This document shows positions 23,708-32,676 of a stretch of 37,721 nt of DNA, piece by piece. Made by a program: the position numbers and the translations under genes. Origin of the DNA: Deltaproteobacteria bacterium. Its GTDB lineage: Bacteria; Chloroflexota; Dehalococcoidia; Dehalococcoidales; BS750m-G39. The DNA lies in contig JABMRW010000087.1 of the NCBI GenBank assembly GCA_013202445.1, positions 1 to 37,721 on the forward strand. The letters run 5' to 3'. Numbering within the stretch: position 1 is the first letter of the stretch; every line of letters starts with the position of its first letter. The notes beneath the pieces are model-generated. The model saw only the letters and a list, made by a program, of their open reading frames with translations, was not told the DNA's origin and did not search any database.

Positions 23708-25201
23708 GGCTGGCTAAACCTCCTCCGCAGGTTGTTTATGCCCCGCTTCAGGTGGGGATAGCTCAGCAGCAGAGCCATAATAACCAGCAGGGTCAGGGGT
23801 ATAGGCCGGGCAAAGAATAACGGCCCGTAAATCTTAATGGAAAGAAGTGAATAATTCTCAAAAAGGCCGCCCAGAACAAAGCCCAGCAGCAGCGCCGGGC
23901 GGGAGTAGCCATATAGCTTCATTAGCAAGCCGAGTATCCCAAAAATTAAAACGGTGATGAAATTCATTGGGGACAGGGTAGCTACATAAACCCCGACCAA
24001 GGCTATGCTTAGAATACCCGGGAACAGAAAGTCCAGGTTGACCGAAGCCACTCTAACCAGATGAGGGGCAGCGAAGAGACAGATAATACCGCCGACGATA
24101 TTGGCCAGGGCTATGCCCAGGAGCAGGGTCAAAGCCAGGGGCAGGTGTTCCACCATCATTCTCGGACCGGGGGTAACCCCCACCATCAGAAAAGCGGCCA
24201 GGAAGAGGGCCATGATGGCGCTCCCCGGGATGCCCAGGGCCATGGTGGTCAGCAGTGAGCCAGCCTCCTTGGCGTTATTAGCCGCCTCCGGGGCAATTAC
24301 CCCCTCCACCATGCCGGTGCCGAACTTCTCCGGGTGTTTCGAGGTCTGCTTGGCCTGCCCGTAGCACACCCAGGTGGCCACCTCGGCGCCAACGCCCGGA
24401 ATTATGCCGATGATATAACCAATAACGGTACTGCGGAACCACAGCCAGCGGTGCCGCCATACATCCTTTACCCCCACCAGTATATCGGATAACCGAGTGG
24501 TGCCTGCTTTGGGGGCGATAGCCGTGCGCCCTCTCATAACCAGATGAAACAACTCGGATAAGCCAAACAGACCCAGAGCGATGGGGATAAGCTCAATACC
24601 GTCGTAGAGGAAGGTGGCGTTGAAGTCGAAACGGTGGACCCCGGTTATTGAGTGGTAGCCGATGAAAGAGATTAGCAGCCCCAGCATGCCGGCGATAATA
24701 CCCTTGATGGCCGAGCCGCCGGTCAGCGCCGCCAGGAACGATATCCCCAGCAGTATCAGGATAGCCATCTCCGGCTGCCCAAAGACCATTATTATGGGCA
24801 TTACCAAGGGCACCATGGCCAGGGCCAGGAACGCGGGCAATACCCCTCCCGCCATAGAGCTGGTAACGGCGGCACCGATAGCCCTTCCCCCCTCACCCCC
24901 TCTGGGTCATGGGAAAGCCGTCGAGCATGGTGGCTGCGTTAGGCCCCGTCCCCGGTATATTCAGCAATATGGAGGATATACTGCCGCCGGTAAAGACCAC
25001 GGCGTGAAAGGCAATTAATAAAATAAGGGCGACCTCGGTGGGCATGTGGAAAATGAAGGGCAGAAGCAGGGGCAGCATAACCAGTCCGCTGATTCCGGGG
25101 ATAACGCCTATGATTAGGCCGACGAAAACAGCAACAAACAGTATCAGCAGGTTTATCGGCTGAAACAGTGTGGCTAGAGCTGCTCCGTATGCCTCAAACA
25201 C
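23704..25201 (-). pseudogene. tctA: TctA large permease interrupted by a +1 frameshift in a G5 (plus-strand C5) homopolymer
   Basis: The 102-aa N-terminal piece (24893-25201) ends ...DGFPMTQRG*. The +1 frame continues GEGGRAIGAAVTSSMAGGVL.. into the 383-aa piece (23704-24855). Removing one C from ccccc at 24896-24900 restores MTQRGEGGRAIGAA. Confidence 0.8.
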
Positions 25202-25204
25202 TGC

Positions 25205-26251
25205 TCACGCTCTGTACTTCTCAATCAACTCAAGAAATATGGCTCGAAACTCATCGAAGGCAGCAGCCAGGTCCAGCATCACCTTGGTTACCTCTTCTCC
25301 AGCTATGTATTCCTGGTCCTGGAGCTCGTAACCAGAGACAGCGTTTATCCCCTCGCGGAATCCCTCGTCCTGAACCCACTGGTTAGCCAGGTCACGGAGG
25401 TATCTCAGCCTATCCTCAGCTATCCCCGGCGGGGCGACAAGTAGAGTGGAATTGAAGAATGTCGTCTCCCATAACTTGACCAGCGCCAGGTCCTCACCGC
25501 CCATATTGACCACTTCGGTGATGGCGGGCACATCAGGCGTGAGTGGGTCCCTTTCCGTGGCGAGCACAAACAGGGGTTTTACCATACCAGCCTCTAAACT
25601 CGCCTTAGCACTAGGTATGTTTGAACAGTATCCGATTATCTCGCCCCGTTTTGCCGCCAGAGCTCGATTTGAATCCCCGGAAAGGCCGGTGATAACCTTG
25701 GCATCAAGACCCAGGAGCTTAATAACAGTCAAACCACTCAAGCAAATAGAGCCTGAGGGGCTACTGCCACCAATTTTGAGGTCCGTGGCAGCCTGCAGGT
25801 CGGCAACGGATTGGCAGGGTCCATCTGGCGCGACGAGAAAGTAATATTGCACACGACCTATGCTTATAATGTAAGAGAAGTTCTCAATCTCATATATTGC
25901 CGCCGGCTCGTTGAAAACCTTGTTTGGTACAAATTTTGCCGTGGGCGCTGTCCCCAAGGTAAGCCCGTCTGGCTTGCTTTTATACACATAGTTCATAGCA
26001 TCAAGGCCGCCGGCGCCAACCCTATTGGTAACGACAACACTAGCCCCGGTATCCCCGCCGAGATATGGGGCTATTATGCGAGTGATGAGGTCCTCGTCAG
26101 TCCCTGGCGCAGCACTGATGATTAAATCTATGGTCTTGCCTTTATAAAAATCGGCTGGCGTTGCCGGTTCAGCCTGTGGGGGACAGCCGGTTGCGGCCAC
26201 AACCGCCACTAAAAGCAACACCCCGGTTATAACGGCAAATTTCTTTATCAT
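25205..26251 (-). CDS. tctC: Tripartite tricarboxylate transporter substrate-binding protein TctC (Bug family), lipoprotein-type signal
   Basis: 348 aa. Signal peptide ending ATGC. Bug/TctC-like body (…NRVGAGG…), and context. Confidence 0.75.
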   Translation of the reverse strand: MIKKFAVITGVLLLVAVVAATGCPPQAEPATPADFYKGKTIDLIISAAPGTDEDLITRIIAPYLGGDTGASVVVTNRVGAGGLDAMNYVYKSKPDGLTLGTAPTAKFVPNKVFNEPAAIYEIENFSYIISIGRVQYYFLVAPDGPCQSVADLQAATDLKIGGSSPSGSICLSGLTVIKLLGLDAKVITGLSGDSNRALAAKRGEIIGYCSNIPSAKASLEAGMVKPLFVLATERDPLTPDVPAITEVVNMGGEDLALVKLWETTFFNSTLLVAPPGIAEDRLRYLRDLANQWVQDEGFREGINAVSGYELQDQEYIAGEEVTKVMLDLAAAFDEFRAIFLELIEKYRA

Positions 26252-26264
26252 GGTAACCTCCTAA

Positions 26265-27851
26265 TTATTCCGTCTTCATCAGGTGCAGGGTCATGACCTT
26301 CCCCATGTTGGATATTGGCTGCATCCGCTTTACCCTGAGCAATTTTGCCTGAGCCCAGACCCCGGCGGTCAGTTTCCCTGGGTGGGGAACCCGGCGTAGC
26401 TCAGCCAGCAGAGTAGCGATAACCTCGTCCTCATCCACTGTCCCGACGGTGGGGCTGATAATAAGGCTGAGGTGAGTCTGCCCCTGGCTATCCTCTTCCT
26501 CGAGTAGCTGGTAATCTGTTGCCGCACCGCCGTACTTAGCCGGCAGTACCTCCTCCAGGATGCGGACGAGGTCGGTACCAACTATGGTCATGCCGCTACC
26601 GGTCAACTTGGCGAAGCTCCTTATATCATGTATGTGGGTATTAAATCCGAGCTGCCCAAGCGAGCAATCGCAGCTCCTAGTTTCCACAACTCCATAGTCA
26701 TCGCTTTCCATATTGAGCAGTATCTTGGGCGATGACGGCAAAAGCGGGGTGAAAAGAAAGGTGTCCACGTAGGTATCGGCGTGTTCCACCTTCCTCCGGT
26801 GCTGAATTAGAGCCACAGAGTCATGGAGCAAATGGACATCATCAATGGCGCCGCCATTAGGACAACCGTAACCTATTCGGCCAATTTCACTTATGGCATA
26901 TCTGGGGATAACCGAAGCCCCGGCAGCCTCTATCTGCTGGCGCTTAGCTGGAGTCAGTGGTTCCCCACCAGAAAAAAAGCGTGTGCCCTCAATATCAAGC
27001 CCATTTTCTATAGCCGCCTGGCATACCTTGACCGCCAGGCTGACATAGCAGCTAAAAGAGCACCCCCCGAACTGCTGCTTGGTATCGGCCACCCACTGCG
27101 CTACCTTCACCGCCTCTTCTATACCCACATACTCCGGCCTGGCCAGTTTGGCTCCCCACAGCCAGCTGCCGTAGATGATATATCTCATCGCCAGCCTGTG
27201 TTGTAGTGACGACTGCACCTGCCTTTCATCCACCGGTGAAAACCACCTGGCTACAGGCTTACCTGCCTTCCAGTAGCGCAATATATTCCCGGTACCAGCT
27301 GCTGCAGGTAGTACTGGAAACCAAAGACCCATAGGTACATCAAGGGCATTATTGTCGGTAAGCACTGGTAGTTCATAGTAGCTTCTTTCTAGTTGATGTC
27401 TTAGGTCAAACGTTGTCCTCGTCCCGGCGCTTCTGGAGCCGCTGCTCTGCACCCGGTAGTAAACGTCAAGGAAGGGGTTATCAAAGTCCCTTTGCTTGAA
27501 CTGGAAATGTTCCCCCCCCCTCACCACCTCTTTCCTCCCCTTGAACTCCTCCCAGCTGATATAGACCCCATCCGCCAGCAGTTTCTGTAAGGTGGCTTCA
27601 ATCCCTTCTTTATTTACCCCGGCCTCGATGTCGCCGAATTCACAGCCGGCTACCCCGAGCAGCTTGAGAAAGGGGCTTTTTGGATTTTGATATATGCCTT
27701 TCTGCACCAGGCTCAGGAAGTTCTTTTCCCGGTCACGCAGCCGCTCGGCGAGAACCCGCTTGCTTTCCTCCAGGGTTACGGTGCCGTGGAGAAAGCCCCG
27801 CAGACCGAAGGCAAGCCGTGAGTATTTTATCAGGTCAGCAATAATTGACAT
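26265..27851 (-). CDS. Adenylate-forming enzyme of the PaaK / coenzyme F390 synthetase-like superfamily
   Basis: 528 aa. P-loop-like SSGSRSAGTRTTF. The FSGGEPLTPAKRQQIE...YAISEIGRIGYGC arrangement is typical of phenylacetate-CoA-ligase-like proteins. Family call is from memory. Confidence 0.55.
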   Translation of the reverse strand: MSIIADLIKYSRLAFGLRGFLHGTVTLEESKRVLAERLRDREKNFLSLVQKGIYQNPKSPFLKLLGVAGCEFGDIEAGVNKEGIEATLQKLLADGVYISWEEFKGRKEVVRGGEHFQFKQRDFDNPFLDVYYRVQSSGSRSAGTRTTFDLRHQLERSYYELPVLTDNNALDVPMGLWFPVLPAAAGTGNILRYWKAGKPVARWFSPVDERQVQSSLQHRLAMRYIIYGSWLWGAKLARPEYVGIEEAVKVAQWVADTKQQFGGCSFSCYVSLAVKVCQAAIENGLDIEGTRFFSGGEPLTPAKRQQIEAAGASVIPRYAISEIGRIGYGCPNGGAIDDVHLLHDSVALIQHRRKVEHADTYVDTFLFTPLLPSSPKILLNMESDDYGVVETRSCDCSLGQLGFNTHIHDIRSFAKLTGSGMTIVGTDLVRILEEVLPAKYGGAATDYQLLEEEDSQGQTHLSLIISPTVGTVDEDEVIATLLAELRRVPHPGKLTAGVWAQAKLLRVKRMQPISNMGKVMTLHLMKTE

Positions 27852-27879
27852 CTTCTAAGACCACGCAAATTTAGCCCCT

Positions 27880-27888
27880 ATTATAGCA
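27880..27888 (-). promoter_or_regulatory. Extended -10 box TGCTATAAT (minus strand) upstream of the ligase-tctCAB operon
   Basis: The plus strand reads attatagca. About 29 nt upstream of ATG 27851. Confidence 0.4.
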
Positions 27889-27936
27889 TATACTGGCGCG
27901 CGGGATACACGAGCAAGGCTGCTCGAAGGGCGACGG

Positions 27937-28635
27937 TTAAGACGAAGCCTCGATGATGATAGAAAACCTCTCTTTAAACCGCCGCAGTATGGCGATGGTC
28001 TTAGCCCCCAGCACCCCCAGGAAGACGGCGTTGCCGGCGGCGTGCAGGGTGTCGAACCAGACGGTGTTGAGCTCGGTCACCAGGAAGGTCTTGAGGGTGA
28101 GGGGATAGATAAAGGCGGTCCAGTACCAGAGGTTGGTGATCAGGCCGTAGAGGTAGCCCCAGACCACCCCGATGACGATTAAGACGGCGGTGTTCAGCTT
28201 TAATTTTCTCAAATAGCCGGCGGAAAGCCCGGCCAGACCCCAGGCAATCATCTGGTACAGCGTCCAGGGCCCGTGCCCCAGAAAGAAATTGGATACCAGC
28301 GCCGTCATGGCGCCGACGGCAAAGCCGGCGATAGGCCCGAACACATAGCCCGAGCAGATAATTATATAGGTGCAGGGCTGCACATTAGGGATAGCGGCGA
28401 AGGGCACTCTGAGCACCGCCGAGATGGTGCTGAGCATGGCCACCAGGGCAATCTCTTTGGAGCTGGTGACGGCAGTCTCGAACTCAAAGAATAGCGCCAG
28501 GCATACCAGGGCGGCCAGGACGGCGGTCAGTACCCCCCAGTTCAAGAGGTCGGCGTCTGGCCGGAGGGCGGAGACAATAAAAGCCCCGGCGGCCACGGCC
28601 ACGATGGCGATTAAAACGATATGAGATTTTTTCAC
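27937..28635 (-). CDS. ECF transporter substrate-capture (S) component, specificity unknown
   Basis: 232 aa, about 6 TM segments. The pattern ..IPNVQPCTYIIICSGYVFGPIAGFAVG..GHGPWTLYQMIAWGLAG.. is typical of ECF S components. 4-nt overlap with the ATPase gene. Confidence 0.7.
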   Translation of the reverse strand: MKKSHIVLIAIVAVAAGAFIVSALRPDADLLNWGVLTAVLAALVCLALFFEFETAVTSSKEIALVAMLSTISAVLRVPFAAIPNVQPCTYIIICSGYVFGPIAGFAVGAMTALVSNFFLGHGPWTLYQMIAWGLAGLSAGYLRKLKLNTAVLIVIGVVWGYLYGLITNLWYWTAFIYPLTLKTFLVTELNTVWFDTLHAAGNAVFLGVLGAKTIAILRRFKERFSIIIEASS

Positions 28636-30296
28636 CCTATCTGCTCTATCATCTCGTCAACGGTGAGGGTGGTATCGGCCACCCCGTAGACGCTCAGGGC
28701 TTGAGCTAAGCGGTTAATCTGCGGCGAAAAGAGCAGGGCTTTGGACAGTACCTCCCGCTTGCTCCCCTCGACCACCACCCGCCCCTCGCTGAGCAGCACC
28801 ACCCTCTCGGCGCACTCGGCGATGGTCTCGACATCGTGGCTGACCATGATGACGGTGTTGCCCCTGCGGCGGTAGTCATCGAGATAATCGACCAGCTTTT
28901 TCTTGAGCGTATAGTCCATGCCCCGCGTCGGCTCGTCGAGGACGATTACTCCGGGCTCGCCCGCCAGCACCGAGGCCAGGGCTACTCTCTGTTTCTCCCC
29001 GCCGCTCAGGTTCCGGGGGTAGCTTTTCCGGTAGCGGCTTAATTCGAACTCGTTCAGCATCCCCTCCACCGCTTTGGCGATTTGGGCTTCATCCGCCCCC
29101 CGGTTTCTCAAACTGAAGGCGATTTCGTCTTCCACGGTATCGGCAAAGAGGTGGTCGTTGGGGTTCTGGAAGACGTAGCCCACCCGCCGGCTCAACTCGG
29201 CGACGGTACTTTTTCTGGTGTCGACCCCGTCCAGCCTGACTCTGCCCTTGCTCGGCTTAAGCAGCCCGTTGAGCTGCTTGACCAGCGTCGTCTTTCCCGA
29301 AGCGTTGCGCCCCATGACGGCGATAAAGCCCCCCCGCTCTATATCCAGGTTTATATTTCTCAAGACGGCTCTCTCCCCGTAAGAGAACCAGACCTTGTCC
29401 ATATTCATTATCGGCTTTAGCCCTGCCTCCCCCTCGGTGAAGTCGGCCGTCTTCACTCCCTGCAAGACCTTCTGCAGTCTCAGCCGGGCGTCCTTGACGG
29501 TCAGGGGCAGCCCGTTCAGGGCGGCGTTATGGCTCTTCAGCTCGCGCATCAGCCGGATTACCGGCGGCAGGCCGATTCCCAGCCCGTCGGTATCGCCGCC
29601 CATCACCTCCCCCGGAGTCCCGTCGGCGGTTATTTCTCCCCCACCCATCACCAGCATCCGGTCGACCAGGTGGACGACCCGGTCCAGTCTCTGCTCGATG
29701 AGTATTACGGTTAAGCCCAGCTCGTCGTTGAGCCTTTCCAAAAGCCTTAATACTTCCTCGGCGCTCTGGGGGTCAAGCTCCGAGGTCGGCTCATCCAGAA
29801 CAAGCACTTCGGGATGAAGCGCCAGCACCGAGGCGATGGCCACCTTCTGCTGCTCGCCGCCGGACAGCTCGTTGTTGCGGGCAAAGCGCAGCCGGGCGAT
29901 GCCCACCGTGTCCAGCGCCTCCTCGATGCGCCGGGCAATCAGATTTTTGGGGTAGCCCAGGTTCTCCAGCCCGAAGGCAATCTCGCGCTCGACATCAGTC
30001 GTCACCAGCTGGTTTTCCGGGTCCTGGAAGACCATGCCCACTTTAGTCGCCAGCTCCCTGGGCGGGTGCTCCAGTATATCCATCCCCTGCACCTCGGCCT
30101 TACCGCTGATTTTGCCCCCGTAGAAGTGGGGCACCAGCCCGTTAAAGCAGCGGCACAGGGTTGACTTGCCCCCGCCCGAAGCCCCGGTGATAAGGACGAA
30201 CTGGCCGTCCTCGATGGTCAAATTTATATTTTGCAGGGCTGGTTTATCCGCCCCGTTATAGGTAAACTTTAATTCCCGGATTCTAATCAAACTCAA
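28632..30296 (-). CDS. ECF transporter fused double ATPase (EcfA-EcfA')
   Basis: 554 aa. Two Walker A motifs (GASGGGKST, GRNASGKTT) and two signature motifs (LSGGEQQ, LSGGEKQ). Confidence 0.9.
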   Translation of the reverse strand: MSLIRIRELKFTYNGADKPALQNINLTIEDGQFVLITGASGGGKSTLCRCFNGLVPHFYGGKISGKAEVQGMDILEHPPRELATKVGMVFQDPENQLVTTDVEREIAFGLENLGYPKNLIARRIEEALDTVGIARLRFARNNELSGGEQQKVAIASVLALHPEVLVLDEPTSELDPQSAEEVLRLLERLNDELGLTVILIEQRLDRVVHLVDRMLVMGGGEITADGTPGEVMGGDTDGLGIGLPPVIRLMRELKSHNAALNGLPLTVKDARLRLQKVLQGVKTADFTEGEAGLKPIMNMDKVWFSYGERAVLRNINLDIERGGFIAVMGRNASGKTTLVKQLNGLLKPSKGRVRLDGVDTRKSTVAELSRRVGYVFQNPNDHLFADTVEDEIAFSLRNRGADEAQIAKAVEGMLNEFELSRYRKSYPRNLSGGEKQRVALASVLAGEPGVIVLDEPTRGMDYTLKKKLVDYLDDYRRRGNTVIMVSHDVETIAECAERVVLLSEGRVVVEGSKREVLSKALLFSPQINRLAQALSVYGVADTTLTVDEMIEQIG

Positions 30297-31212
30297 CTCT
30301 CCTCTTGATAAAGGCCAGCGGCACTATGGCCGCCAGCAGCAGGAGCATCCCCGCCGGCATTAGCCACTCCCAGCCCCCGAATCCGATTGACATAAGGTTG
30401 GGGTAGTACTGGTAGTCGCCGTAGCCGTAGACCCGCAACATAATTCCGGCGGCCAGGGGCAGTACCCCCACCCCCAGCGTCACCGCGTCCATCTTTGAAA
30501 TATTTATATCTTTATAAAATACTCTCTTTTTGCCGGTGCCGAAGGCACGCGCCTCCATGGCCTCGGCGACCTGTACCGCCCGGTCCAGCGAGTTGGACAG
30601 CAGTGCGATAGTGATTTTACCCCGGTTCTTTAGCTTCTTAATCCAGCTTCCCGCGTCTAATTGCACCCCCCGGGTGCGGTAGCCGTCGCTGATGCGCCCC
30701 ATGTCCTCGACCAGGCAGGGGACGAAGCGCGTTGACAGCGAGGTCACCAGCACCGACTTATAGGGCAGCCTCATCTTGAGCAGGACGGCCATGATGTCGT
30801 CGGGGTGGACGGTGAGGTTGATGAGGGTAAATACCGATATTATCACCGCCAGCTTTAGGGCCATCACCGCGCCGAAGGCGATAGCCTCCAGGGTTATCAC
30901 CGGCTGGCCCGCCACCGGCAGCCGGAAGGGGGCGGTCAGCAGCACGTGGTCGCCGTGGTAGCTGAAGAGGGCGTTGATAACGATGATGCTCAAGCCCAGC
31001 CAGAGAGTAAATTTAAGCGTTGAGGCCCACTCCCGCCCCACCCCGGCCAGCTTCACCATGGGAATTATGGATAGAAACAGAATCAGGATATATACGGGGT
31101 GGTTGAAGATTAAGTTTAATACCAGCAGCCCCCCGCCCCAGGCCAGCTTGGCCAGGGGACTTAAGGCGTGGATGACGGTGTCCTTATCCCGGTAGCTCAG
31201 TGCCCGCATCAC
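30283..31212 (-). CDS. ECF transporter transmembrane (T) component (EcfT/CbiQ family)
   Basis: 309 aa polytopic protein. Conserved-looking coupling region ..RFVPCLVEDMGRISDGYRTRG.. Operon context. Confidence 0.8.
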   Translation of the reverse strand: MMRALSYRDKDTVIHALSPLAKLAWGGGLLVLNLIFNHPVYILILFLSIIPMVKLAGVGREWASTLKFTLWLGLSIIVINALFSYHGDHVLLTAPFRLPVAGQPVITLEAIAFGAVMALKLAVIISVFTLINLTVHPDDIMAVLLKMRLPYKSVLVTSLSTRFVPCLVEDMGRISDGYRTRGVQLDAGSWIKKLKNRGKITIALLSNSLDRAVQVAEAMEARAFGTGKKRVFYKDINISKMDAVTLGVGVLPLAAGIMLRVYGYGDYQYYPNLMSIGFGGWEWLMPAGMLLLLAAIVPLAFIKRRVEFD

Positions 31213-32156
31213 GGTATCTTTATTATCTCGTTATTATTGACCAGGACGGCGTAGGCATTACGCAGCCCGTCACTATTATTGATAAGCGTATCAACGGCGC
31301 TTCTTATTCCGTTCTCGTCAGTTCCAGTCACCATAAAGACGATGCTCTCCCCGGAGCCGACTCCCCCCGGGCTCCAGGGGTTCTGGGTGGCCTGGATTAG
31401 GCCCCACCCCGCCCCGTACTCCCCGGCCGGATTGCCTTTCTCGTCCAGCACCATTATTTTACCTCCCTCGCAATAAGCGAAGAACCCCAGCTTTTTGTGC
31501 AATTCGTTCAGCTCTAAAATAAGCCCGCTATCCGCCCCACCCACTATAATGAGGTGGCTCTGCTCTTTAACCCCGTCAGATAGCGTCTCAGCGCCGTTCA
31601 GGGTCACTTCAGTCACTCCCCACTCCTCTAATTTGGCCGCCAGCGCTCCGGCTTCTCCGGCGAAAGGCTCATCATAGACCACCGCCGTCGGCTTCACCTC
31701 GCCCCGCACTCTATTTAAAAAAGGCTGGGGGAAAGCCCCGACGATTGCCGGCACGAATGACCGGTAGCTCCAGTCCCTCAGGTCCCATTGCTCCACGTCG
31801 CCGTCCCGGAGGGCGTAATCTTTAGCCCCCAGGCTCAGGGAGATTCCGTTGATATAGTAAAACCAGTCCAGCTGGTTGGCCTCCTGCGAGCTTAAGCCGT
31901 TAATGGCTTTGACGAAGCCGCCGCCGTACTTGGTCTCCACCCCGGCGACTGCCTGCAATGCTTCCATGGCGTTGGTGCCGGCCTCAATCTCCAGTGTCTC
32001 GGCCAGGATTAGCTCCCTGCCGAAGTCCCGTGTCACCACCACCATCACACTGGCCTGCCCGTCTTTATCTACGTCCGCAGATTGAACGGGACAGCCGGCG
32101 CATATTGCCGTCAGCAGCAGTAAAACTAATATTAAGGGCAGCCCCCGCCTAACCAT
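31209..32156 (-). CDS. Lipoprotein with N-terminal DUF4430 (transcobalamin-like C-terminal/beta) domain
   Basis: 315 aa with lipobox ICAGC. The DUF4430 pattern is VMVVVTRDFG...GTNAMEALQAV...GGFVKAINGL...WFYYINGISLSLGAKDYALRDGDVEQW (about nt 31752-32051). Confidence 0.75.
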   Translation of the reverse strand: MVRRGLPLILVLLLLTAICAGCPVQSADVDKDGQASVMVVVTRDFGRELILAETLEIEAGTNAMEALQAVAGVETKYGGGFVKAINGLSSQEANQLDWFYYINGISLSLGAKDYALRDGDVEQWDLRDWSYRSFVPAIVGAFPQPFLNRVRGEVKPTAVVYDEPFAGEAGALAAKLEEWGVTEVTLNGAETLSDGVKEQSHLIIVGGADSGLILELNELHKKLGFFAYCEGGKIMVLDEKGNPAGEYGAGWGLIQATQNPWSPGGVGSGESIVFMVTGTDENGIRSAVDTLINNSDGLRNAYAVLVNNNEIIKIP

Positions 32157-32667
32157 AGCGTGCCCTGGCTATCAGCCTCACTATTATCACTATAATCAAC
32201 ACCAGCAGCGCGGCGGCGCTGGCAATCCACCACTGCAGGGCCATGATGGGGAACTCGGTCACCTGCACGTGGGCGGGCACTTTCACGCCGGCGCCGATGC
32301 GCAGCTCGGCCTCCGGGGGCAGGCAGAGGATGCACATGTCGAAGTCGTGGTCACCGGCAGCGGTGAACAGCGATGGGGCCACGGCAATCTCTACCCCCCG
32401 CACCTCCCCGGCGTTCAGGGTGAACTCGGCCGGGGTGATTTCAAACCAGCCCTCGTTGCCGCCCTCTACGTAGACCTGAAACTGGGAGGCCTGGTCGGAC
32501 TGGTTGATAATATTCAGGGTCTGCACCTCGGTGCCGCCGGGTCGGACCTCGAAGTCCATCCTGCCCGGGGCCACGCCCACGCTCAGCGCCAGCGCCGACG
32601 CCGCCGCCAGCACCAGGCCGATAATCGGCAGCAGGACTACGGATGCTTTTGCCAGTTTACCCGTCAT
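32149..32667 (-). CDS. Bitopic membrane-anchored beta-sandwich-like protein
   Basis: 172 aa. N-terminal signal/anchor and C-terminal TM segment (WWIASAAALLVLIIVIIV). The central region resembles the C-terminal domain of the 667-aa protein. Confidence 0.6.
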   Translation of the reverse strand: MTGKLAKASVVLLPIIGLVLAAASALALSVGVAPGRMDFEVRPGGTEVQTLNIINQSDQASQFQVYVEGGNEGWFEITPAEFTLNAGEVRGVEIAVAPSLFTAAGDHDFDMCILCLPPEAELRIGAGVKVPAHVQVTEFPIMALQWWIASAAALLVLIIVIIVRLIARARYG

Positions 32668-32676
32668 AGCTCACTT

